A stretch of DNA of 64,000 nt, from assembly GCA_036172245.1 (NCBI GenBank), contig JAYWIR010000015.1, positions 1,054,001-1,118,000 on the forward strand, read 5' to 3'. Positions 12,296 to 22,610 of this stretch are shown here, piece by piece; positions within the stretch are counted from its first letter, which is position 1, and the number at the start of each line of letters is the position of its first letter. Both the position numbers and the translations under genes were made by a program. The stretch is from Raillietiella orientalis. Its lineage: Eukaryota. The notes beneath the pieces were generated by a model, which ran no database searches, was not told the DNA's origin, and saw nothing but the letters and a program-made list of their open reading frames with translations.

Positions 12296-13674
12296 AAGGG
12301 GCTCAGAGCATTCGTAGCCTTCCGAAGGCAGTCCGACCACGCTTCCACTGGGCTGATGTTCCCCAGCGGAACGCCCAGATATTGCATGGACGAAGCGGTC
12401 GGGATCCCCAGGCGGATCCAGTCGGACTGCCCCTCACACGTCGCACCAATAGGAACGACCACGCTCTTGCTCCGGTTTACGCTCATGCCCGCTCCCCGGC
12501 GAATCAGCTCGAAAAAATCCTCGAGACTGGACGCCGGGGTGGTCATGGGTAAAAGGAGAAGCAGGTCGTCAGCATAGGCCGCCACGGACGGCGTTCCTGG
12601 ACAAGAGCTCGGCAGGTTGGCCAGCGTCAGCCTGTACGCCCTCAGCACCAACTCAAAGAAGATGCTGAAGAGCAACGGGCTTAAGCTGTCGCCCTGCCTG
12701 ATGCCCCGCCGCACCGGCACGCCGTACACGTGGCAGCCGCTGAAAGAGATAGAAATGAGCGCGTGGCGCCAGCAATCGCGCAAATAGGCCACGAAGTGCA
12801 CAGGGAGACCGAGGCGTTCCAGGAGCTCCAGCAGGAGATCCTGATTTACGCAGTCGAACGCCTTGCGGAGATCGACCGCGACCGCCAAGGCACCCGGCGC
12901 TTCCTCAGGCCGAATGCATCGACGCCTAGCCGTGGCAGCCGTAGATGCGGTTACCTGGCTGTCGTGTGCCACGCAGCGTTGCAGCTCGAGCCACGTGCGC
13001 GCAAAGAACAGGTTCGCCTCCATGGACCGCCCGGGAACAGCGTAGGACTGCTTCGGACTTACCACGGATCCAGCGATCCTGCCTAGGCGCGCGACCCAGA
13101 GCCTGGAGAACAACTTGACGTCCGCATTCACCGAGGTGATCGGACGCCAGTTGCTTAAATGGCGCATGTCTCCGCCTTTCGGCAAGAGACGCACCCTTGC
13201 TGAGCGAAACGAGGCCGGGAGATTGCCCGTCTCTCGCATCAGCGCAGAAAGCCTCAGCACCAGGGGGATGAGTTCCGCCGCGAAGCACTGGAAGAACTCC
13301 GCAGGCAGACCATCCTCACCTGACGCCTTGCGCTTCTTGAGGCCCGCTATGGCGGAAGACACTTCTTCCGCCGTGAAGGGCAAGTCAAGAGTGGTGCGTT
13401 CCTCCTCGTTGACCGCAGGGGAATCCGCCGGCAGAAGCAGCTCCGAGAGACTGCGTTCCGTCGGCTCCCTAGCATACAACGAGGAGTAATAGCACTTTAG
13501 GAGGCGGCGAACGTCGGTCGCGCCCGAGCACTCCAGGCCCTGGTCGTCGAGCAGACAAGCCGCTCCTGACTGCCAGACCTGGCGCTCGGCCTTGGCCTTG
13601 TACTCCGCAAGGTACCGGACGTCAGGGCATCGGGAGAATTGGCGGGCCTGCAGAAACTCTCTGCTGTTGCCCAC
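12296..13674 (-). pseudogene. LINE ORF2 reverse transcriptase domain
   Basis: Canonical non-LTR RT motifs in ORF 11836..13674: KASGEDGLPAEFF, LLPK, NWRPITSVNADVKLF, QSYAVPGRS, VDLRKAFD, GIRQGDSLSPLLF, AYADD, VNRSKS, YLGV. Confidence 0.95.
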
Positions 13675-14433
13675 ACCTTCGCCGAAGCACGGGGAAGCAG
13701 GCGCAAGGGGAACCGGCTGCAGAACTCGCGGACCGATCTTTTCAGATCGTCCCAGTCCACGAGCTCCCGAACGGCCAAGCTCCGGAGATGCTGGCGGAGG
13801 TGCTCCGCAGCCGGCAGATTTCTCAACCAGTCGGCCGGCAACCTCCAGACGTGAGTCGGAGGACCCTTACCAGGCGTGAGTAGCTCCAAATCCAGCCTGT
13901 GGTGGTTGGAAAGCTCGGACGGCACGGGACCTCTTCGACCCACCCGACAATGCAGCTGATCGTCGAGGAACACATGGTCCGGTAAAGCACTCATCCCAGG
14001 ATCGTCGGCCAGCAAATTCGAAGCGTGCACGGACGCGCACACCTTGTTCACCGGCCGCTTCTCCCGGCGACGGTGGGACTCCTCCGATAGCGCGTGAACG
14101 TTAAAGTCCCCGGCTACGAGGTGAGCCACGTCGGGGCCGGAGTTGCTGAGCCAGCGGTCGCGCAGTCTCTCGAAAAACTCGAGTTTCTCGGTGTGACGCG
14201 CGGAGCCGCACGGCGCGTACACGTTCGTGACGACAAGGTTGATCGATTCGGACCACTTGAGAACAAGTTGGCCCACACGACCTTCCTCGTCGAAACAAAC
14301 GCTCCTCGCCACCCCCGCCACCCTGCCCCGGACAAGGAATGCAACTCCGCAGGTATTCCGGGAGCCTGACCTCCAATGGAGCGTCCCTCCTGCGCGAACT
14401 GCCAGATCGGCCGCTTGCTGTTCGGAGAGTGGA
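13675..14433 (-). pseudogene. LINE ORF2 APE-type endonuclease, N-terminally truncated, frameshifted from the RT at roughly 13670-13750
   Basis: The frame of ORF 13497..14321 extends upstream to ~14433 and contains CGVAFL, DEEGR, NVYAP, VAGDFN, PDHVF and LSNH (SDH equivalent). The N-terminal N and QET motifs are missing. Confidence 0.88.
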
Positions 14434-14473
14434 CCATCTTGCCGTCACATGAGAAGGTGTGACGGCAAGATGG
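14434..14473. repeat. Perfect 16-bp inverted repeat at the LINE 5' junction
   Basis: CCATCTTGCCGTCACA (14434-14449), 8-nt loop TGAGAAGG, TGTGACGGCAAGATGG (14458-14473). Confidence 0.95.
14452..14460. repeat. Target-site duplication of the LINE, right copy (AGAAGGTGT)
   Basis: Identical to 10775-10783. Confidence 0.85.
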
Positions 14474-16690
14474 GACCACTTTGTCCAGATCTGCAAGACA
14501 TATTACAGGAAATGGTTCAGGACAGATTGCAAGGGGTGAAGCTTCTCTGGGCACACTCTCAGGTTTGCAACCCAGAATACAACCAACTCCAGCAGCCAGC
14601 ACTGAAGTTCATTGGATGGCAGGAGGCCCATAGGTGGGCTGCCGATAGCGACACAAGTTGCCCCAGTGGAAAGTCAAATCCCCTCATCCTGTACTGAAAT
14701 TGTGGCAGTAACGGGAAGAGTCCTCCCCTGGAAGCTTCTAGGACATCGGCATCGCTGCTTAGCTGCAAAAGAACTAAATTCATCCTGAGGAACGGGTGCG
14801 AGTCTTCCTCTGTCACTGATTTCTACTCTGAAATTCTCCGGTTCTGGACACGACAACGGGATTTCATCTTCTCTCTCTAATGTTGTCTCTTTGGAGCATC
14901 ATAAGGTTCCTATAGAGCAAGAAGGAAAGAGGTAGAGGTCGGAAATGGACTTATTCCTTGAAAAGGCAGGAAGCAGAAGAGTTGGCGTGAGCGGACGAAC
15001 GTGCACGCGTTCGAAGACCTTTTTTCGCCTGGAAGAGCAAGGACTCTAGCTTTCACTGGTTCAAGAATTCCATTCACGCCCTGCTATGAAAAGTGCCCTC
15101 TGATGCAGCGAGCGGAAAGAGAAGACCAGCAAGCAACTCCGCAAAGGTGGTTCTTTAAGCGATCGAGATGCTGCATTACCGAAAAACCGAACTTGTGAGT
15201 GGTGCTCCTTCTCTTCCAGAGATGTATTCTGCCTAGTGAATCGAAAGCCATTCGCCCTTGAATAGTTCGCTGTTTTTCACTTTCATTGCCATCGGCCTCG
15301 GCTGAAGGCTGAAGGATCCTTCGATTCTTTCTGATGGAGAGCTTCAGCAGTGATGACCTTTAACTGCTTCGTGTCTCGGTCCGTTTACCTTATCGCAGAA
15401 CTTGATGGCCATGCGTTGACCACGGAGACCCTCACAGACCACTGTCCCTGTTTCAGCACGCATATGGAAGAGTGAAGCCATGGGAGGTCATCTGATGATC
15501 GCTCCAACTTCCTCATCCGACTATCTTGTTCGTTTCCTTCCTCCTTCTGGAGCAGCTGCACAAGAGGATACGGGAAGAGGAGCGCGCTGTTGGGACAAGG
15601 CAAGAATAGGCACCTGACGACTGTTGAACCCTCATGAGAAACCTCAACTCTTATGGGAGGAAAAGAGAGGCCTTGACGCACCCTTTCTCTGTCTGGGACT
15701 TTTCGGATCACGGTCTGGTCTTCGCCTACGACTTCTACCTGTACCACAAGCCTCACACGAAGGTCAAGGCCAGGCGGTTGACGTTCACCGGCGCCAAGGG
15801 CAAACTGACCAATGTTATCGCAAATTGGCTCCAAGAAGAGGAGATCTTGAGGTCTTTCAAAGCCCTCCGGGTCTCGAAGGAGTTCTCCAAGGTTTGCCTT
15901 CCTCTTTTTCAATGACACGGCCGTGCGCCAGCATCGGTTCCTTATCTACAGGGAGCAGATGAACGAGCAGATCCAGTACGGATTCACCGAACTTCCGCAA
16001 CCGAAGGCTGGAACGGCCAATCCGACGGTGACTCTGAGGATAGTGGAACTCGCCCCCGAAAGCAGTGCCCTGTCTCACTTCGTCTCTCCCCTCCTGAGGA
16101 CTTCAGGCGGAGGGATCGCTACGTCACCGCCGTTTACTGGGTCGACGGCAACTATAGCAGCGTTGTGTGGTCAAACCACGCCCAGAACTTGTCCGCATTC
16201 ACATTCTGCAACGTGATGCTTGAGGGCAGCACCTACTGCCATTTGACGCCGAGAACGGATGCGACCTCGGTTCACAGTCCCCACTCTTCCACTGAGGATG
16301 ACGCTGGTTAGCCCACGGACTTCGAATGTGGCACCGGTGTAACGAGCGAGAGCATTGGAAACCGCCCTCCTTGTTTGGTAACCGGGACTGAAAGTTGGCC
16401 CCAAGGATTTTTCCAGGACATCAAGAAGCCGGTTCTCTTGGGGGCTCCCTACAGTTGTGAAGATGGATCCGTCATCTTCCTGGAAGGGGTTGGGGACAAT
16501 CCTTCATCTCGTACCATGGATCTGGTTAATAGCCCTTACGGGGTTTGCTTCTCCAGAGTGCCAAGAAGAGATCCGCTCCCTTCGGGGAGCGCCCTCCAGA
16601 GTCAATCGGTAGCGTCCCCTTGGGGTTCCCTTCAGAGGAGGAAACAAGGAGGAGCTGTTTCCTTGCGGCTTCCCTCCGGACAAGAAACGA

Positions 16691-17010
16691 GGAGCGGTCC
16701 CCTCTGGAGACAACCAGGGAGAAGTGCTTCCTTCGTGGTTCCCTCCCGAGAGTAAGAGGAATGGACGCCTTCTTCCAGATCCTCCCTGGATTAATTAGGA
16801 TGGTCCCTACGAGGTCGCTCCCTGACTGAGCTACACGTGCCCTCGGGTGGTGTTGGCGTTGTTTAAGGAGCTTGGTGAGTCCCCGATGTGGCGTCGTCGT
16901 GGAGACTCTCCAATGAACCCAAAGTGAGAACGTTTCTTCGGTACTTGGAGAACCAAAGAAAAAACTGCAAGAAAGGCAGCGAAATGAGGAACCCAAAAAA
17001 TACCATCCTA
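16691..17010 (+). repeat. Diverged direct repeat, copy 1 (partner at ~22298-22610)
   Basis: Colinear shared blocks GGAGCGG, GGAGACAACCAGGG (16706/22325), CCCTCCC, GAGGAA, CCTGGATT, ACACGyGCCCTCGGGTGG (16839/22449) and an A-rich tail. Confidence 0.7.
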
Positions 17011-20000
17011 AGCCAATAGCAAGGATCTCTCCATGAGGTCGTTACTGGTCTTTTTTTAAAAAAAAGAAAAAAGAAGAAAAAGGCGCTGTGAGAAAATTTG
17101 CACAAGGCACCTCTGTTGGCGTCAAGTGAGTTTACTTGAGTCTCAGCGAGAACAGTCTCTCTGCGTTCCATCCTTCCACTCGTACACTCCCATTCCGCAG
17201 TTCAAGACGCGCGCGCGCCGCGTGGGCACAACGACGGCCTCTTTTCCCCAGACTGCCACTTTCTCTTCGGTCCACTGATCCCACAGATTCGTGCTCGGCA
17301 GCCGCAGCTTTCTCGGTCCAGTATCTTCTCCACCACTGGCACGTGCGTCACAGGGAGGAAGGCATCTGCTGACGTCAGCTGGACGATGCTTCGTGTGAGC
17401 CTTCCCTTCCTCTGCGGTGCTCTGAGGTCCGCTGAGTACAGACGGGGTCTTCGTTCTGCCGCCGACCTGGTGCGTCTAAAAGCGCCAGAGGAGGAAGAAG
17501 CACAAAGCCGGTCGTCTCAGGCGCTCACGTTGAGAAGAGAGGATCCAACGCGTCCCACGGGGAATGACCGGGAGAGAACGCGTGAGTGTGTCTCCTTCCT
17601 GCCAGCTGGGCTCATGGGCAGAGGTGCGAAGCATAGCAACGACCCTGCGAAAAGAATCTCTCGAGAAGAAGATCCGTTCGCTCTTTCTCCCAAATACGCT
17701 CTAAAGTCAGTATCCCACCCGAGGGCTTTGGCTTCCACGTTTCGTGTCAATTCGTAGCCGTGGAAACTTTTTCGTGAACTCTGAACTTTTCCACATGCTT
17801 CACCTCGAGCAGAAGTTAAAATCAGTAGATTCTCAGGGTGAAGATCTAACCACTGAAGGCTCAAATATTACTGTCTGCGTGCAGACCTACAGAGTCGGAT
17901 GCTTTTTGAGAACTGTTTCTATAGGGAGGCGAGCCAACTGACCTCTGATGTTCTGCCTTTTTTCATTAATTTTTGTGCTCATGTTTTTTTTTTTTTTTTT
18001 TTTTGGCTCCTGTTTCAAATTCCATCATCGAATGAGGCAACTCCTGTCTCAGGAAGCCGCCACATTAATGCAAGCTGGCGCAACAGCCAGCCAAGAAAGC
18101 CCACAGTCCTGAATAAACGATTTCAGAATCACAGCACCTTAATGATGCAATTATCAAGATGCTGGAGATTTTTCCAGAGTGAGGAACCGACCGAAAAGGC
18201 AATCAAAAAAGAGACATCCAGCTCGCTGTTGAAAAATACCGGGGAACTGAAAAAGTGAACGCGGTGCTCATCTCGACGAGCAAACGAAAATGACGGAACC
18301 TGAGAAGAACCACTTTATCCAGTGTCTCTGTTGAGAGTAATCTGCATGGATGACTTCTTGATCAAAATCTTCTGCCGAAAATGAGTTCTCCTTGCGAGGG
18401 CTTTGTCTTATTTCTCCTGCAGTGGATCTTTCACGTTCGAGACTAGAACCAGAAACCAGGTCACAGATGCAAGTGATGGAGGAAACGCGACCTCTGAAGC
18501 ATCATTTGCCGTTCTTCCAACAAGTTGCTCCTATGAGCATCTCTCTAACTCCGCTTTCCTTCTATCACAGTTGTATTCTTCGCCCAAAATATTTTCAGAG
18601 CGCTTCAACCCCAAGAACTCCTTAAGCAGCCATTGGTTTCCGAAGCCTGGCGAGTTTGCAGATGGACTTTGTCTTCAGACGCGTGGTGTCTCTATCCGAA
18701 ACTGTACAAGACACCTTTTCCTTGGAAGACGAGTCCTTGTCTCTTATGGACTCCGATGGGAGTTTTGAAGCTTTTGCGCAGCGCCGTTTCACACATACGT
18801 GACTTATGTCTCCGAGAAGGAATCCATCCTGAGGCAGAAGTAATTTTCGAGGATTGCATGCTTCACGGAATTTTTAGATTCCTCAACTGGCAACTCGACA
18901 TCTACGGGGTCCCGCTTTAGTCGGCTTCATAGTTGTGTTTCCTGGAATGATTTGAGAAACTTGTCAACAGGGATCGTTCAAAGGGGGATAAAATTCAGCC
19001 GCACTTTTTCCTTTAAGACTGCCACCGTTCATATGAAAGGCGGAATTTCCAGCGTGGCAGCCTTTCTTAAAAATAACCATCTCATCTCTCAGAGTGTAAT
19101 TTAGTAAGCGCTTTGTGGAGGATAGAAAGTTTCGGGAGGCTGTGGAAAGTTTAAGCCATCTACGTTACTCGAGGAGTTATAAAAGCAGATTTCTTGAGGC
19201 TGAAAGAGTGATGAGTACTTTTATCGGAAGGATATCAAAAAGACGTGGAAAGTAACTCCTGGAAGGATGAGCAATTTGGTACTTTTTTGACGAGATGAGT
19301 CTGAATATTTAGTTCAGTGAGTGATCAAACTAATCTTCAACGTTCTTTCTTGGATAGTCTCGTTGGACAGCGTTTCGTGTTGAGCTCTCCACGTGTGCGA
19401 AAAGATGCATGGTAATCATCGAGGCAAGCTGAATCACATCTTTGTTTTCAATTTCCACTTTCCTTGCAGCATGTATGTCTCATGAACGGCTACTTTCGTG
19501 TCATCAAATTCCTTTCTGCTGAGATGACTTCCCTTATTGAGTTCCAGAATCCTGTCCTCTCCTGGCTGCTTAGACTTGTGAACTCACAACCGTTGAAGCG
19601 CACGTTGGAAAACTCCTAGGAGGAACCGCTTTAACAAAGATCGAAAGTGCATCTGAATATCGGAAAACTAGGAGTTCCTTCTCAGGGCTGCAGCCAGCGA
19701 GGGTTCATAAGACAGCATTTTTTTTTTCCCCAGTGGGGAAGTGATAGCCTTAGCGTTCGTGATGAAAGCGAAAGCAGAAACGGATGGACGGACGGTTTGC
19801 TTCTTTGTCCAGCAGGCAAAACAAGACAGAAGAAGAAAAAGGCAATCAAAAGGCGGCAGGGCAAATGAAGCCCTTGATAATGTGAAAAACCTGCTTGAGA
19901 AATGAGAATAATCTAGAATCACCTAGATGTTTCTCGACAAGGTGGGCCCTCCTATGAAATGAGCCTCTAGAACATCAGAATCTCCGGCATAAGGTACAAT

Positions 20001-20200
20001 GAGAAACTCAGCCGTGGTGCGACTCGTCACAAGGGCACAAATCATATCGCAGAAAATGAACTTTCGCAGGTCCCACCCCCACCCCCACCCCAAGAAGAAA
20101 AAAAAAAAAAATTTAGGGGCTGTCTGAATACTATGATGAATTTCTCCTTTCTACACTTCCGTGAAGATGGGTTGCCTATTTTCTCAAATAAAAGTGTGAA

Positions 20201-20608
20201 ATGAAAATCCCTGGTGACCACCGATGTGCCTACAATCACTCACCGCTTCGGCATCATTGCTCGGAATCGAAGGCGAATGTGCGCGGAAATGTGTGTAAGT
20301 CTTCGTGTTTCCTGTTTATCTTTTTCTACCTTTTTTTTTTTTTTTGATCCAATTTTTTGGCAGGGTGGGATAATTGCCCGCGTTGGAGACCATGTGGTCA
20401 GGTCCCCAAGCGCGGCATCAGACGTCACGGGTTCCAATACTTCGACAGAATCGACGCGACTCCACCGGGAAGATGGGCCGTCCCAGCTGGGCCGGGAAGC
20501 GAACATCGCACACCGGGAACGTCATCACCGGAAGGAGTTCCAGGTCGAGGAATCCGCGACGTCGGCCTCGGGCAACGGCACGGGACGGACCTCCCCATTC
20601 GCGCTTGA
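20201..20608 (+). CDS. Candidate small spliced gene or exon pair, product unknown (intron 20295-20363)
   Basis: Consensus GTAAGT donor at 20295 and T-tract plus GCAG acceptor at 20363. ATG 20201 spliced to the GC-rich exon gives 112 aa ending at 20608; a second frame is also open across the junction. No recognisable homology. Confidence 0.3.
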
Positions 20609-22297
20609 CTCGCGGAGGCGGAGATCCGGCATCCGCGGATCGGAGAGAGGAGGGAGGGAGGGTGCCGAGAGATGGGGGTGCGTCGTGGACTCTGGTTGCC
20701 CCTATTCGGGTGCGGCACTGGTATCTGTTAAAACCGGATGCTCCCTATGAGTGACCGGGACTGGAGGTCGACCTCCGGGTCCTTCCAGGAAACAGAGTCA
20801 AGACGTGGGCTTCCCTTCGGGAGCCCTCCTCAGGCGTTGAGAGGAGCACGATGATCGTAGAATTCGTGGGACACTTTGCAGGAGCAAACCGTTCGAGATT
20901 CCTCCGCTCCAGTTTTGAAGCTCTGGGGGAAGCTTCGCGAAGCGCAGTTACAGGGAAGGAAGGCCGTAAGAACAATGTGTGTCATTGCTCTGGCATGTGA
21001 GATTTTGGGCAAATTGAGTGTCGCGTGCTTGGCGTGCGAAAAAATATCTACATGTCGTCCTCAAATTCCCGTGGTCTACTGATATCTTTATTTAGCATTT
21101 GACTTGAAGGGTCACTGGATGGCGAAAAGTGCAGTCATTATCATTTCCGAGTGCACCTCGGAGCACCTGAGGAGCTAGCAAAGGAAAGAGTGTTTTCCTA
21201 GCACAATTTCTGAGATGTTTTGCCAACTCCTGCCGCCCGTAATTTAGTTTGCCATTTCATCAGAATTTGCATAATTGAAGACGATTCGCCTCGCAGAGTT
21301 CTGATCACCTCATGGCTTTTATAATTAAGTAGTAGTAGACAATGGATTCAGAGTTTTCAGTAATGGTGTTCAGTCCTATGAGATTGGAAGTCTATGAATG
21401 CCTAAAAAAAAAAAAATATTTCTGCGTTCCATCAGCAAAAAGCAGTTTTTAATCACCACGCTCACTCATCCTCCTCGAATTTCGCCGGCAATACGTAAGG
21501 CATAGTCGTCATTTTTTTTTTGCTCACCTATTATTGTGAATGAATATGTTATGTATAGGAATTTTTCACTTTCTCCGAATCTTGTCCACCTGCTTCTCTT
21601 CGTCTCCCCCCCCCCCCCTCGTTTCATCAGCCTCCCCGAGTATCTATAATCATCAAGTCACTTCCCATAGCTTCACAGTGAACTGTCATTCATCGTATCT
21701 GCCGGTATTCCATTGAAAAGTGAAAGCTGCGACCTCTGCAACGGTTTCCATAGCTTTCTTTCTCTCAAGATACAAAAAAAAAGAGCAAGATAGGATGATG
21801 CACGCGTAGGAATGCAGCAGATTTATGTGGCATGAATATCACTGAGTGCCCTATTGGCAACCAGCTTAAGAAGGGACAGGAAGCAAGCACTCCCAGTGTT
21901 TTGAATGGCTGGGAGACGGGCCGAATGCTACCTCGAGAGCAGCAAGCACCATGTGAACCCCACTCCTGCAAGAACCGGTGATACCCATGGCTCTCGCAAC
22001 AGCTGAACTCATTTCTTGCATTTTTTCTGGATTGAGTGCAAAAAGCTTCGATGGGCAGCCTCGTCTTCAAGCCTTGGTCTTCGGAAGGGGAAAAAAAGCA
22101 GTGTGCGCGGGAATACGAAGCATGCAAGAACACTGGAATCTTCTCACGTGTTGCCGCTCCCAATATGAGTTGAACTGGATACTGAATCAAAATTCATCAT
22201 AAGTGTATTCAGAGCCATCCACTTTTTTTCGTTATGTAGAGGTGATGTCCCCTCGGAAACCGATGTCTCTGCAAGTAGCCATTCGGAAAAGAGAAAT

Positions 22298-22610
22298 GGA
22301 GCGGATCCCTTTGGGAGTCTCTCCGGAGACAACCAGGGTGATAGATTCCCTTCGGGAATCCCTCCCAGGCACGAGAGGAACGGAATCCTTTCTCTGGAGC
22401 TCTTCCTGGATTCATAGGGGGTGCCCTCTATCTTGAAAAATCACACGCGCCCTCGGGTGGCGTGGAACAGTGTCAAAGAGCTGCGTAAACCGCCAGGCGC
22501 GCGGCGGTTCTTGAGGTACTTGACGAATTCCCGAAAAATGAAAACGCGAAAGAAAAAGCAGGAAGAAAAACAGCGAAGACAGAAAAGAACCTAAAAGAAT
22601 CTCTAACACC
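22298..22610 (+). repeat. Diverged direct repeat, copy 2 (partner at ~16691-17010)
   Basis: Same colinear blocks as copy 1. Confidence 0.7.

Larger units (their letters stand above)
10784..14451 (-). mobile_element. 5'-truncated non-LTR retrotransposon (LINE), L1/Tx1 clade
   Basis: APE-RT-CCHC ORF2 architecture, ~220-nt 3' UTR with AATAAA, 9-bp TSD, visibly higher GC than the flanks. ORF1 and the start of the endonuclease are absent. Confidence 0.93.

Noticed and set aside
11116..14369. Many plus-strand ORFs over the LINE
   Set aside because: Antisense shadows of the GC-rich ORF2.
15634..16500. Coding-looking plus-strand pieces (DHGLVFAYDFYLYHKPH..., EQMNEQIQYGFTELP..., DIKKPVLLGAPYSC...)
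   Set aside because: May be real exons, but the splice phases I tested were inconsistent and no homology was recognisable, so no gene model is reported.
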